This document shows, piece after piece, positions 28,744 to 38,840 of a stretch of DNA of 64,000 bases. Origin of the DNA: an uncultured Erysipelotrichaceae bacterium (GTDB lineage: Bacteria > Bacillota_I > Bacilli_A > Erysipelotrichales > Erysipelotrichaceae). Under the pieces are notes generated by a model. That model did not search any database. It saw nothing but the letters and a program-made list of their open reading frames with translations, and was not told the DNA's origin. Location of the stretch: the NCBI GenBank assembly GCA_964424595.1, contig CAYRIW010000004.1, forward strand, positions 9,206 to 73,205, in the 5' to 3' direction. The position numbers and the translations under genes were made by a program. The first letter of the stretch is position 1; every line of letters begins with the position of its first letter.

Positions 28744-30397
28744 TCACCAATTTTTGATTATGTTTCAATAATTCTTGAGCAGCGGACAATGCATTTGGCG
28801 TGATCGAACCACTTGCGATCATCGCAAGTTCATGAATACGACCTTCTTCAGTGAGTTCAGCGATATTCGTGTTTGTTAGGGTGTTTGCTTGAATCTTAGA
28901 CACAAGATAATGCGTTCTTGAACAAGCAGCAACTTGACCGAGATGCGTTACTGAGAATACCTGGGCATGGCGTGCAAGGCTGGACATTTTCTGACCAATG
29001 GCTGTTGCGACACGTCCAGAAACACCTGAATCAATTTCATCAAAGATAACCGTTTCAATGGATTGAAGATCATTAAAGATGACTTTCATACCCAACATGA
29101 GTCTTGAAAGTTCACCACCACTTGCGACCTTGATCAATGGTTTTAGACTTTCACCAGGATTCATGGAGATTAAAAACTCAACAAAATCCAATCCACTTGA
29201 ATTTGCGCCAACTTCACTGAAAACAATTGAAAACTGAGCTTTTTCGAGATAAAGATCACGAATCTCTTTGATAATCGCTGTTTCTAGGGCTCTGGCTTTG
29301 TTTTTACGTACTTCACGTAACTCTAAGGCTTTAAGTTCAAATTGCTTGTAGGCGTGCTCACAAGCGTGTCTCAGCTCTTCAAGAACTTCTTCACGATGTT
29401 CGATCGCATGCATCCGATCTTTTATCTCAGCGTAATGTTCAAGGATCTGCTCTAGAGTACGCCCATATTTCTTTTTTAGTTTATTGATTTGAAACAAGCG
29501 ATCTTGAATTTGATTCAATCGATCCTCATCATAACTTAGTTCATTGAAGCGATCTTTAAGTTCTTCAATCTGTTCAACCAAATTGAAATAAAGCTCATCA
29601 ATCGTCTCTGTAACGGGTTTTAAAGTTTCCATTTCATCGACATGACGCAAAGCTTTCACAGCTTCATAGATCTTTTCACGAGCCCCCTCGTTCTCATCTA
29701 GAAGATCGATGGCACTTGTCAATCGAGTTGAAACTTTCTCAAAACTCATGAGTAAACGTTGTTGATTTTCAAGGTCCTCATCCTCACCAACCACAAGATT
29801 TGCCTTTTCAATCTCAAGTGATTGAAAACTTAGGAAATCAAGATCATCAGGATTCAAGTCATTTTTCTCTTTTTCATTAAGCTCGCTTCTAAGCTTTGCA
29901 TACACTTGATAACGTTTTTTGACATCATCCAACAGCACACGATCGATGTTATACGCATCCAACAATTGCAAGTGATAACGATTATTCAATAAATATTGCG
30001 TATCATTCTGACTGTGAATATCCACAAGATATTGACCGATTTCTTTTAATAGACTGACGGGAACACTTCGATTGTTGATTCGATTGATCGATCGCCCCTC
30101 TTGTGTCAACTCACGACTGATGATCAGTTCATTCAAATCAAAATCATAATTCAAGTCATTAAATAACGAAGCAATGTGCATGCTCTTCGTTGAAAAAACC
30201 GCTTCAATGATGGCCTTGTCGCTTCCATGTCGGATCATGTCCGCTGTAAAGCGATCGCCCATCAATAAACCAATGGCATCGATTAGAATTGACTTACCAG
30301 CGCCCGTCTCACCTGTGAACACACTAAAACCGGATTTGAAATCCAGTCTTAACTCATCGATCAGAATATAGTTTTTAAGGTAAAGATTTTGTAACAT
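28730..30397 (-). CDS. recN: DNA repair protein RecN
   Basis: Walker A 'GETGAGKSI', a long coiled coil, C-terminal 'SGGELSR' signature and 'VIFDEIDSG'. Confidence 0.95.
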   Translation of the reverse strand: MLQNLYLKNYILIDELRLDFKSGFSVFTGETGAGKSILIDAIGLLMGDRFTADMIRHGSDKAIIEAVFSTKSMHIASLFNDLNYDFDLNELIISRELTQEGRSINRINNRSVPVSLLKEIGQYLVDIHSQNDTQYLLNNRYHLQLLDAYNIDRVLLDDVKKRYQVYAKLRSELNEKEKNDLNPDDLDFLSFQSLEIEKANLVVGEDEDLENQQRLLMSFEKVSTRLTSAIDLLDENEGAREKIYEAVKALRHVDEMETLKPVTETIDELYFNLVEQIEELKDRFNELSYDEDRLNQIQDRLFQINKLKKKYGRTLEQILEHYAEIKDRMHAIEHREEVLEELRHACEHAYKQFELKALELREVRKNKARALETAIIKEIRDLYLEKAQFSIVFSEVGANSSGLDFVEFLISMNPGESLKPLIKVASGGELSRLMLGMKVIFNDLQSIETVIFDEIDSGVSGRVATAIGQKMSSLARHAQVFSVTHLGQVAACSRTHYLVSKIQANTLTNTNIAELTEEGRIHELAMIASGSITPNALSAAQELLKHNQKLVNVDV

Positions 30398-30425
30398 GGT
30401 CTCTCTTTAATACGCAGAATGTGGA

Positions 30426-32297
30426 CTAATCCCTATTGACTGCCTTTTTAATTCTTTCAAACAAGGAACTGATATCTATATTCTCATAACGTCTTAGATC
30501 CGGTACAGAACCATGGGTCACAAAATGATCCATGATGCCAATGCGATCCATATCAAGCTTAAGGTGTCGTTCTGCCAACCACTCCATGATGGCACTGGAC
30601 AAACCACCCGCCAACATGTCGGTCTCATATACAATGACATGCTTATTCAATTGTGTTAGATAATTCAGTAATCCATCATCCAATGGCTTAATAAAACGTG
30701 CATTGATGACACACACAGGAAGTTGATTCGCATCGATCTTATCCTTTATTTTATCGACATCAGGCCCATATGCCACGACCACGACACGGGCTGTCTCAAG
30801 ATTACCCAAGACCGTCCAAGTTCCAGTTTCAATCATCTCAAAAGCTTCTACTTCACGATAAATCGCACTACCACGGGGATAACGTATTGCATAAGGACGA
30901 TTCAATTTAAAGGCAGTATAAAGGATGTTCTGTGCTTCAAAAGCATCCTTAGGCTGTGCAATGATGAGGTTGGGTAAAGGTCTTAAGATTCCAATATCAA
31001 AAACACCATGATGTGTAGGCCCATCCTCTCCTACCAAGCCACTTCGATCAATTCCAATCACAACGGGACTCTCCATACGTGCGATATCATGATTGATCTG
31101 ATCATAAGCTCTTTGAATAAAGGTGGAATAGATCGATAGGAATGGTTTTAAGCCATTCAAAGCCATGGCAGATGCGAGCGTAGCCGCATGCTCCTCTGCA
31201 ATACCACAATCGATGCTTCGTTGCGGATATAAAGCAAAGAATTTTTCTAGTTTACTGCCTTGAATCATGGCAGGCGTGATTACGGTTAGTTTTGGCTCTT
31301 GCTTCGCCAAACGAATCAACGTTTCAGAGACGACTTCAGACCACGATAAGTGATTCAACGGTAAAGAACCAAGATTATTCCCAGTATCAGGATCAAATTG
31401 ACTGACGCCGTGCCAATGACCGTTCTTGTCATTCTCCGATAAATGGAAACCTTTACCTTTGGTTGTGATCACATGAACTAAAACAGGCCCATCATGTTGC
31501 TTGGCGGTTTCCAAAGCATTGAACAATTCATGATAATTATGACCATCAATTGGACCTAAATATTCCAAGCCCATTTCGGTGAAAATCGAAGGATGAATAA
31601 TGGAGCGTTTGATTGAATCTTTGACAACACGCATTCCTCTTAAAACTGCAGAACCGACAAAATTTTGATTTAAAATGCCTTTGACTTCTTGCTTGGCGTT
31701 CACATATGATTGACTGTTTCGCAAGCGAGCGATGGAGTGTGACAAAGCTCCCACGTTTTGGGATATGGACATATTGTTATCATTTAAGATGACGATTAGT
31801 TTTTGTTTGGTAGAGCCAATATGATTCAGAGCTTCAAAAGACATGCCATTTGGTATCGAACCATCACCGACGACAGCTACGATTTCATGATCCTCATTCT
31901 TCGCTTCACGTGCAAGCGCCATCCCCAAAGCAGCGGATAAAGCAGTGCCCGCATGGCCAGCTTCCCAAACGTCGTAAATGCTCTCGCTCATTTTTTGAAA
32001 ACCACATAGACCATGAAGTTGTCTTAAATGAACGAAATCCTTCGCACGTCCTGTCAAAATCTTATGAACATAAGATTGGTGTCCAACATCAAATAGAATC
32101 TTATCTTTACTGAAATCAAAAATAGTGTGAAGCGCGATTGTAAGTTCGACAACACCCAGATTGCTTGAAAGATGCCCACCCGTTTTCGAGACACTTTCAA
32201 TCAAAAAAGAACGAATGTCACTCGCCAATTCTTTTAACTCTTCATTTTTTAAATCCTTAAGAAATAAAGGATTTTCAATATCAATTACATTTTGCAT
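30426..32297 (-). CDS. dxs: 1-deoxy-D-xylulose-5-phosphate synthase (MEP pathway)
   Basis: 623 aa with 'GGHLSSNLGVVELT', 'GHQSYVHKILTGR' and the TPP motif 'GDGS...NDN'. Confidence 0.95.
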   Translation of the reverse strand: MQNVIDIENPLFLKDLKNEELKELASDIRSFLIESVSKTGGHLSSNLGVVELTIALHTIFDFSKDKILFDVGHQSYVHKILTGRAKDFVHLRQLHGLCGFQKMSESIYDVWEAGHAGTALSAALGMALAREAKNEDHEIVAVVGDGSIPNGMSFEALNHIGSTKQKLIVILNDNNMSISQNVGALSHSIARLRNSQSYVNAKQEVKGILNQNFVGSAVLRGMRVVKDSIKRSIIHPSIFTEMGLEYLGPIDGHNYHELFNALETAKQHDGPVLVHVITTKGKGFHLSENDKNGHWHGVSQFDPDTGNNLGSLPLNHLSWSEVVSETLIRLAKQEPKLTVITPAMIQGSKLEKFFALYPQRSIDCGIAEEHAATLASAMALNGLKPFLSIYSTFIQRAYDQINHDIARMESPVVIGIDRSGLVGEDGPTHHGVFDIGILRPLPNLIIAQPKDAFEAQNILYTAFKLNRPYAIRYPRGSAIYREVEAFEMIETGTWTVLGNLETARVVVVAYGPDVDKIKDKIDANQLPVCVINARFIKPLDDGLLNYLTQLNKHVIVYETDMLAGGLSSAIMEWLAERHLKLDMDRIGIMDHFVTHGSVPDLRRYENIDISSLFERIKKAVNRD

Positions 32298-32298
32298 A

Positions 32299-33165
32299 TT
32301 ATTTGATTCGATCTTTCATCCAATGAACGATATCCATAAGCAAAGGATACGTTTCGTTTAGCAACATTATATCACGATTGAGCTCAGCATAAAGTTCATT
32401 GATCTTCAGCTTTGTGGCATCAACGCCTAAGAATTCAATCACTGTCTTTTTGTGATTATCAAGGTCACTTTGATTTGATTTCCCAATCACATCAAAAGTA
32501 CTGGTTCGTTCTAAGTAATCATCTTGAATCTGAAAGACAATGCCAAGTTTCTTACCAATTTGATCCAATTGATCTTCATTCTCATGTTTTTGATTTAGAA
32601 GATTACCCAAACGAAGGGCTGCACTAAACAAACATCCTGTTTTATATTCATAGAGTCTATATAAATCTTCGATTTGATTTGTGTGCTTCGTATCATTTTG
32701 AATATCCAAGACTTGGCCGAGAATCATTCCATTCGCACCAGAGGACATACTTAAAATGTGAATAGCTCGCACGAGATCTTCATGTTTTAAAACTAAGGTT
32801 GAAATGATATAGAAAGCTTGCGTCAACAAAGCATCCCCTGCTAATATCGCTGTCGCTTCATCGAAGCGTTTATGTGTTGTCAACTGACCACGTCGATAAT
32901 CATCATTATCCATTGCAGGCAGATCATCGTGCACAAGCGAGTAAGTGTGAACCATTTCCAGAGCATAAGCCAGATTCAACATGTTTTCATTCTGAAGCGT
33001 TTGATTCGACATTGCAAAGACTAAATAAGGACGTAATCGCTTACCACCAGCTTCAAGTGCATAACGCATCGCATCTTTTACGTTAGAGTCTGCAACCCCA
33101 CTAAGAATCGTATCGGAATATGCGTTGAAGATATGTACGAATTCATTAAACATTTGCATCGTCAC
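32299..33165 (-). CDS. ispA: (2E,6E)-farnesyl diphosphate synthase / polyprenyl synthetase
   Basis: First and second Asp-rich motifs 'LVHDDLPAMDNDDYRRG' and 'FQIQDDYLE'. The start may be one of three nearby Met codons. Confidence 0.9.
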   Translation of the reverse strand: MTMQMFNEFVHIFNAYSDTILSGVADSNVKDAMRYALEAGGKRLRPYLVFAMSNQTLQNENMLNLAYALEMVHTYSLVHDDLPAMDNDDYRRGQLTTHKRFDEATAILAGDALLTQAFYIISTLVLKHEDLVRAIHILSMSSGANGMILGQVLDIQNDTKHTNQIEDLYRLYEYKTGCLFSAALRLGNLLNQKHENEDQLDQIGKKLGIVFQIQDDYLERTSTFDVIGKSNQSDLDNHKKTVIEFLGVDATKLKINELYAELNRDIMLLNETYPLLMDIVHWMKDRIK

Positions 33166-33361
33166 TGTATTTCACCATCAATTCTGATACTTTCTTCTCA
33201 AATGATTTAAGTTGTGCATCACATTGTTTGACCAAAGCCAAGCCTTCTTCAAATAAAGTGATTGAACTTTCCAGGTCACGATCATTACGATCAAGTGCTT
33301 CAACGATTTCATTTAAACGCAACATCGCTTCTTCAAAACTCTTTGTTTTTTCACTCATCAA
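33146..33361 (-). CDS. xseB: Exodeoxyribonuclease VII small subunit
   Basis: 71 aa: 'SFEEAMLRLNEIVEALD...LESSITLFEEGLALVKQC'. Follows xseA. Confidence 0.92.
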   Translation of the reverse strand: MMSEKTKSFEEAMLRLNEIVEALDRNDRDLESSITLFEEGLALVKQCDAQLKSFEKKVSELMVKYSDDANV

Positions 33362-34682
33362 TAGGCTCCTTCATTGCTTTCGCACGTACTATTCCATCAA
33401 ATAAACGAATCTTCATGTCTTTATTATAATCAATGTCATGAATCAGACGAATGACTTTTTCATCCTGGGATACAATACTATAACCGCGCGCCAAACTATT
33501 CAAAGGCGAATAAGCATTCAGTAATTTCAAGCTTTGACCAAATGCATTTCGCGTCTTGGAAGTTTTTAACTCGATGCGTTTAGTCAATAAATCTTGCGTT
33601 CGAGCGAGTAAAATCGTTTGATTATTTGTAAAACTCAAGATCCGTTGACTCAATCGTGCCTGTTTTGTATTCAAGCTTACTCTTAAGTCATGCACACGTT
33701 TGGTTTGTTGACTGAGTTCTTGCGCATAATTGGATAATTGCAATTGATGCGACATCATCAAACGTTGTGGCTGTGTGAACACAGGATGTGTTTGCATTTG
33801 GTGTAACGCCACACGTTGTTTATTCAAGCGGGTATCCATGATTTGATTCAAACGTCTTAACTGAGTGTAAACATTTTGCTCTACTTCATTTATATCCGGA
33901 ACCGCCAATTGCACTGCCGCAGTGGGTGTTGCGGCTCGTAGATCTGCGACCAAATCCGCAATCGTTGTATCCGTTTCATGACCAACGCCTGTAATCAAAG
34001 GCGTTTTAAGCGCATCAATCGCATACGCTAACTGCTCATTATTGAAAGCCCAGAGATCTTCAATCGACCCGCCACCGCGTGCAAGCAGTAAGACATCATG
34101 TTGGTTTCGATCAGCCTTTGTAAGCTGTGTAATGATGTTTCGAGCTGCTTGATCACCTTGAACCAAACTCGGGTAGATCGTGACTTCAACAATTGGCCAT
34201 CTTAAGGTCATTGTCTTTAACATGTCCTGTAATGCAGCTGTCTCACGACCTGTAATGATCCCAATTGACTTTGGATACGATGGGATTGGTTTCTTACGTT
34301 CGTCATTAAATAAACCCATCTCATATAATTTCTTTTTTAAGAGTTCAAACTGTAAATACAAATCACCAAGCCCATCATTGCGCATCGAGAACACGGAGCA
34401 TTGTACCTGACCTTGCAAAGCATATACCCCTAAAGCAGCTCTTAAGAGCACCTTATCCCCATTCTTGGGTTTAAAATCAACTGTATTTGCATATGAAGAA
34501 AACATCACGCAACTGACCCGAGCACCTTCATCTTTTAATGAAAAATACCAGTGGCCTGAGCTATGTGATGTAAAGTTGGATATCTCCCCTTTTAAATAGA
34601 ACGACTTAAAAGTAACATTTTGTTCAATGGTTTGCTTTAATCGATTAACTAAAGTTGAAACCGTCCAAACAACATTACTCAT
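33351..34682 (-). CDS. xseA: Exodeoxyribonuclease VII large subunit
   Basis: 443 aa with an N-terminal OB fold ('GEISNF...SGHWYFSLKD') and the catalytic region 'ARGGGSIEDLW'. Confidence 0.94.
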   Translation of the reverse strand: MSNVVWTVSTLVNRLKQTIEQNVTFKSFYLKGEISNFTSHSSGHWYFSLKDEGARVSCVMFSSYANTVDFKPKNGDKVLLRAALGVYALQGQVQCSVFSMRNDGLGDLYLQFELLKKKLYEMGLFNDERKKPIPSYPKSIGIITGRETAALQDMLKTMTLRWPIVEVTIYPSLVQGDQAARNIITQLTKADRNQHDVLLLARGGGSIEDLWAFNNEQLAYAIDALKTPLITGVGHETDTTIADLVADLRAATPTAAVQLAVPDINEVEQNVYTQLRRLNQIMDTRLNKQRVALHQMQTHPVFTQPQRLMMSHQLQLSNYAQELSQQTKRVHDLRVSLNTKQARLSQRILSFTNNQTILLARTQDLLTKRIELKTSKTRNAFGQSLKLLNAYSPLNSLARGYSIVSQDEKVIRLIHDIDYNKDMKIRLFDGIVRAKAMKEPIDE

Positions 34683-35055
34683 ATCGATCTAAAACAGCAT
34701 TGATGTATTTATACGACTCGTCATCCGCATATTCTTTAGCCAATGAAACAGCTTCATCGATGACGACGGGCTTCTCATCCAGCTTTCTCTCCAATTCACA
34801 GACAGCCAACAAAAGAATCGCTTGTTCAACAAAAGGCAGACGTTCAAAGGTCCAATCTTGTAATAAATCATTGATCTTCTCAACCAAGGCTTCTTTATTG
34901 ATTTCAATGAACTCACAATTCAATAAAACAAAACGACCCTCATCTTGTGTGATCTCAAATTCATAGTCTTCTAAGATCAAGGTCAAAGGACGCTCTAATA
35001 AACAATGTTGATAAAGACACTCAATGGTCTTTTGACGTTGTAAATGACGATTCAT
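34675..35055 (-). CDS. nusB: Transcription antitermination factor NusB
   Basis: 126 aa with a NusB-like helical sequence ending 'KYINAVLD'. Position upstream of xseA. Confidence 0.85.
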   Translation of the reverse strand: MNRHLQRQKTIECLYQHCLLERPLTLILEDYEFEITQDEGRFVLLNCEFIEINKEALVEKINDLLQDWTFERLPFVEQAILLLAVCELERKLDEKPVVIDEAVSLAKEYADDESYKYINAVLDRYE

Positions 35056-35078
35056 AATAATCAGCTCACTTTCTCAAG

Positions 35079-35099
35079 AAAAAAACGCCCTATTGGGCG
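35079..35099 (-). terminator. Intrinsic terminator after the Asp23-family gene
   Basis: The minus strand reads CGCCC-AATA-GGGCG followed by U7. The stem includes the last codons and stop of the upstream gene. Confidence 0.6.
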
Positions 35100-35413
35100 C
35101 TAAAAACAAATCCGATGACATTCACGTCAACATTTCTGCAAAGTAGCCCAGTCATCTGTTCAATGGATTGTGTCACTTTAGTTTGTATTGACTGAGAAAC
35201 ATCTGTAACATTCATTCCGTATTGAAGTTTCACATCAACACGAATGTGCAACTGATTATCGACAATCTTACTCGAGATTCCCTTACGCGACTCACATTGA
35301 GCACGTTGCTCCTCACGACAAGCAAAGAATGCGATTGAATCAAAAACATCTTTCTTAATCGACGTAAATCCAAGTTGATTTGGGTGTGTAATTTTTATAA
35401 ATTCTTGTGCCAT
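35090..35413 (-). CDS. Asp23/Gls24 family envelope stress protein (YqhY-like)
   Basis: 107 aa with an Asp23-type sequence ending 'VDVNVIGF'. Same position relative to nusB as B. subtilis yqhY. Confidence 0.75.
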   Translation of the reverse strand: MAQEFIKITHPNQLGFTSIKKDVFDSIAFFACREEQRAQCESRKGISSKIVDNQLHIRVDVKLQYGMNVTDVSQSIQTKVTQSIEQMTGLLCRNVDVNVIGFVFSAQ

Positions 35414-35459
35414 AATGATCTCCTAACTCATTATAGCACAGGAAGCTTTTTATAAACAA

Positions 35460-36224
35460 TTATTCACCGAACCATTTCGAATCCAAAGCCGCTAAACTAC
35501 CATCTTCTTTCATTTGAGCCAAGGCTGCATTCACTTCAGAAACCCATTCAGAACCCTTAGGGAAGGCAATCGCAGTACCACCATCACCATCCAAAGCTTC
35601 ATCGGAAATTTTGAATGTTGTGAGCTCAGGATTAACTTCTTCATAGGAGATTGCATTTTCATAGTCAATGACCAATGCATCCAAACGACCTAATTTAATA
35701 TCTTCAATGATGGTTAAGAATGTCGAACGCGATTCAATGACCAAACCGTACTTTTCTGCAATCGAAGTCATTGCATTTTCTTGAACGGTACCTGTTTGAA
35801 CACCAATTTTTAATCCATTCAAGTCTTCAACGGAAGCATAGCCTTTTTCTTTTAGGACGACAGCCGTATATAAGGATTCACCGTCTTTATAAGTATCTGA
35901 GAAATCAACGGATTTTAAACGTTCCGCATCGACATTCATCCCGGAGATTGCCATATCGCCCTGCCCCGCTTGTAACCCAGCGATGATGCCATCAAAGGAT
36001 TGTTCCTTCCAAACCACTTCAACACCAATAATTTCTGCAATGGCTTCCATCAATTCAATATCAAAGCCAACATACGTTCCATCAACACCAATCGACTCAT
36101 ATGGAGGATAATCCGGTGAAGTCAATACGGTAATCTGCTTGGTTTCTACAACTTCCTCTTCTTGAGCTGTACAGCCCGTTAATACAATCGCTAACAATGC
36201 GATAATAATCCATAGTTTTTTCAT
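35460..36224 (-). CDS. Polar amino-acid ABC transporter substrate-binding lipoprotein, predicted arginine-related from the T-box
   Basis: Lipobox 'LTGC' after the signal peptide. Family-3 SBP motifs 'DYPPYES', '[11 protein letters not shown]', '[11 protein letters not shown]'. Confidence 0.88.
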   Translation of the reverse strand: MKKLWIIIALLAIVLTGCTAQEEEVVETKQITVLTSPDYPPYESIGVDGTYVGFDIELMEAIAEIIGVEVVWKEQSFDGIIAGLQAGQGDMAISGMNVDAERLKSVDFSDTYKDGESLYTAVVLKEKGYASVEDLNGLKIGVQTGTVQENAMTSIAEKYGLVIESRSTFLTIIEDIKLGRLDALVIDYENAISYEEVNPELTTFKISDEALDGDGGTAIAFPKGSEWVSEVNAALAQMKEDGSLAALDSKWFGE

Positions 36225-36238
36225 TTTGTTTCCCTTTC

Positions 36239-36961
36239 TTAAATCATGTTTGCCAAGAATTCTTGTGCTCTTTTTGTTTTAGCTTGCTTGAAGAATTCTT
36301 TAGTATCTGTGATTTCTAATATTTCTGCTTGATTCATAAATATGATGACATCGGCGACTTCTTGAGCAAATTTTATCTCATGTGTGACGATCACATTTGT
36401 CATTCCGCGATGATTCAATGATTTGATGACCTTTAATACTTCTTGCGTCATTTCTGGATCCAAAGCACTGGTTGGTTCATCAAACAACATGGCTTTTGGA
36501 TGCATCGCTAAGGCACGGGCGATTGCGACACGTTGCTTCTCGCCACCAGATAATTGATGTGGATAATTGTTTAAGCGGTGACCTAAGCCAACACGTTCCA
36601 ATTGCAAGATGGCTTCTTTCTCCGCTTCTTCCTTGCTCATCTTCTTAACTTTCAAGAGCGCATACATCACGTTTTCTTTAGCACGCATATGTGCGAAGAG
36701 ATTGAAGTTTTGGAACACCATCCCAATCTTTTCACGAATAGAATAGAGTTGGCCTTTCTCTTTAACAATATCGATGCCATCGACAACAACCTGCCCTTGG
36801 GTCGGTTTTTCCAATAGATTGATGCATCTAAGCAAGGTGCTTTTACCCGCCCCACTCGATCCAATGATGGCATAGGTCTTATCGGCTTCGAAAGTCACAT
36901 TGACGTTATTTAAAACCGTTGTATCATCGAACTTCTTACTAATGTTTTGTAGACTAATCAT
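36239..36961 (-). CDS. Polar amino-acid ABC transporter ATP-binding protein
   Basis: Walker A 'GSSGAGKST', signature 'LSGGEKQR', Walker B '[11 protein letters not shown]'. Start at ATG 36961 ([11 protein letters not shown]). Confidence 0.92.
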   Translation of the reverse strand: MISLQNISKKFDDTTVLNNVNVTFEADKTYAIIGSSGAGKSTLLRCINLLEKPTQGQVVVDGIDIVKEKGQLYSIREKIGMVFQNFNLFAHMRAKENVMYALLKVKKMSKEEAEKEAILQLERVGLGHRLNNYPHQLSGGEKQRVAIARALAMHPKAMLFDEPTSALDPEMTQEVLKVIKSLNHRGMTNVIVTHEIKFAQEVADVIIFMNQAEILEITDTKEFFKQAKTKRAQEFLANMI

Positions 36962-37607
36962 AACGTAACTTCCTTTCCAGCAACTTGCCCACATTGCTTA
37001 AGATGATATTCAAACCCAAATAGATCAAACCAATAATCAACAAAGGTTCAAAGAAACGATAAGTCGCAGCACTTACGATCTGTTGACGTCGCATGATGTC
37101 CGTTAAGCTGATCATGGAGACAACGGAGGTTTCTTTAACCAAGGTAATAAATTCATTCATGATCGCAGGCAAGACATTTCGTAAAGCCTGAGGAATGATG
37201 ATATTGAAGGTGATGTCCCAATTGCGAACACCCAAGGCATGTGCGGCTTCAATCTGCCCTTTATCAATGCTTTCAATTCCTGCTCTCAAGATTTCCGAGA
37301 GATAAGCACTGGAGTTGAGCGAGAAGATGATTAAAGCAGAAATATAAGGTGTAGGAATCCATCCTGTAAGCTGTGGTATTCCATAGTGGAAAAAGGCCAA
37401 TTGAAACAACAAGGGCGTCCCCCGGAAGAAGTCAATGAAGGCTTTGATCAAGAACTGCGTGATGCCACCTTTTCTACTTAATAAACTAAAAATCAATGCC
37501 AATAAAGAACCCAGCAATGCGGCCGCAATTGCAATCTGCAATGTGACAAGAATGCCACCGAGCAGATAAGGTATGTAAGGATAAATCAAGTCGAATTTTA
37601 TGTTCAT
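36954..37607 (-). CDS. Polar amino-acid ABC transporter permease
   Basis: His/Glu/Gln/Arg permease family with an EAA-like loop 'IEAAHALGVRNWDITFNIIIPQALR'. Start at ATG 37607 has GGAGG upstream. Confidence 0.9.
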   Translation of the reverse strand: MNIKFDLIYPYIPYLLGGILVTLQIAIAAALLGSLLALIFSLLSRKGGITQFLIKAFIDFFRGTPLLFQLAFFHYGIPQLTGWIPTPYISALIIFSLNSSAYLSEILRAGIESIDKGQIEAAHALGVRNWDITFNIIIPQALRNVLPAIMNEFITLVKETSVVSMISLTDIMRRQQIVSAATYRFFEPLLIIGLIYLGLNIILSNVGKLLERKLRYD

Positions 37608-37620
37608 AGTTCCTCCAAAT

Positions 37621-37840
37621 AAAAAACGCCCCATACAAAGGACGTTGTGAAACGCGGTACCACCTTAATTTCAGATCATTGACCTGACATCTCGAAACTT
37701 TAACGCAGCCATACGTGTGATCCTTCTTACGTCGCATCACAAGCTCCCAAACACGTTCACTGGACTTTCATCTTGTCTTTCACCTTACACAAGTCGCTCT
37801 AAGAAAGTTGATCAGCTACTACTTTTGTTCATCGCTTATG
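37621..37840 (-). promoter_or_regulatory. T-box riboswitch leader, specifier read as CGU (Arg)
   Basis: The minus strand shows a K-turn 'AAGCGAUGAA', AG bulge 'UUAGAGCGA', distal loop 'GGUGAAAG', specifier loop 'GAA-CGU-G' (codon at 37753-37755), T-box sequence 'AAAUUAAGGUGGUACCGCG' (37653-37671), and terminator AACGUCCU/GGGGCGUU plus U6 (37621-37646). Confidence 0.88.
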
Positions 37841-37845
37841 GACAC

Positions 37846-37873
37846 ATTATACAGAACAAGAAATATATTGCAA
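37846..37873 (-). promoter_or_regulatory. Sigma-A promoter for the T-box leader
   Basis: The minus strand reads TTGCAA (37873-37868), 16-nt spacer, TATAAT (37851-37846). Confidence 0.65.
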
Positions 37874-37910
37874 GTATTTTTTCAACAATTTACAAATATT
37901 TACATTCAAG

Positions 37911-38840
37911 TCAAATTCGTTTATTTTTCAAATAAGCACGTGAATCAAGCTCATCAAGTTTAAGTTGTTCAATCAACCCATCAAGATTCGCGAACTTCAA
38001 CTCAGGTCTTAGATAATGCACAAAGACAAAATCCACATTCTTATGATAGATATCACGATCGAAATCAAAGATGTGCGCTTCGATCGAAACCAACTTATCA
38101 CTTTTAACGGTTGGATTCAAACCAATGCTGATCATCGCTCCAAATTGAAGTCCATCGATGTTTACAAATCCAGCATACACACCCATCTTAGGTAAAACAT
38201 ATTCTGGATCCACCTCGAGATTTGCTGTAGGATATCCTATCTTCCGACCGATTTGACGTCCTCCCACAACTTCACCATGTAATGTATAGTAACGTCCCAA
38301 CAATTGTGAGACAAGTTCCATTTCACCATTTTTCAAAGCAATCTTGATGCGGGTACTACTCACCTTCTCGTGATTGACTTGATATTCCGAAACTTCATGA
38401 ACATGAAATGAAGCCGCTTCATTTTGCTTTAGAAACTGGACATCTCCCAAACCATTTTTACCAAACTTGAAGTCAAAACCGCAAACAAGATCTTCAATCT
38501 TCAAATCCCAAAGCTTTTGTAAAAACAACAGCGGTTCCATGTTGGCCATGCTTTCATCAAATTGAATGCTGATCCAAACATCAAAACCCAAAGCTGCAGC
38601 CAAACGTTTACGATCCTCAATGGTCGTTAAATGATTGGCATTTGGAACCTTATGAATAACCACCCAAGGATCTGGATCAAAGCTGATGATCGCTGATAAT
38701 TGATTATTACGTTTTGCGATCGACAATGTTTTATTAAAAAGACTCTGGTGACCGAGATGAAAACCATCAAAATAACCGATACATGCGGCCATTGCTTGAT
38801 CAAATGTCTGCTTTTCAGAACCGAGTTTAATTTCAATCAT
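37911..38840 (-). CDS. ribF: Bifunctional riboflavin kinase / FMN adenylyltransferase
   Basis: 309 aa with 'GYFDGFHLGHQ', 'GYPTANL' and 'RPELKF' motifs. Follows truB. Confidence 0.94.
   Translation of the reverse strand: MIEIKLGSEKQTFDQAMAACIGYFDGFHLGHQSLFNKTLSIAKRNNQLSAIISFDPDPWVVIHKVPNANHLTTIEDRKRLAAALGFDVWISIQFDESMANMEPLLFLQKLWDLKIEDLVCGFDFKFGKNGLGDVQFLKQNEAASFHVHEVSEYQVNHEKVSSTRIKIALKNGEMELVSQLLGRYYTLHGEVVGGRQIGRKIGYPTANLEVDPEYVLPKMGVYAGFVNIDGLQFGAMISIGLNPTVKSDKLVSIEAHIFDFDRDIYHKNVDFVFVHYLRPELKFANLDGLIEQLKLDELDSRAYLKNKRI

Noticed and set aside
8768-33165. ispH, ispG, dxs and ispA in one window as a possible isoprenoid biosynthetic cluster
   Set aside because: The genes are dispersed among unrelated housekeeping genes and lie on different transcription units. 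They occupy the same relative positions as in the B. subtilis yqf-yqi region, so this is ordinary synteny and not a dedicated cluster.
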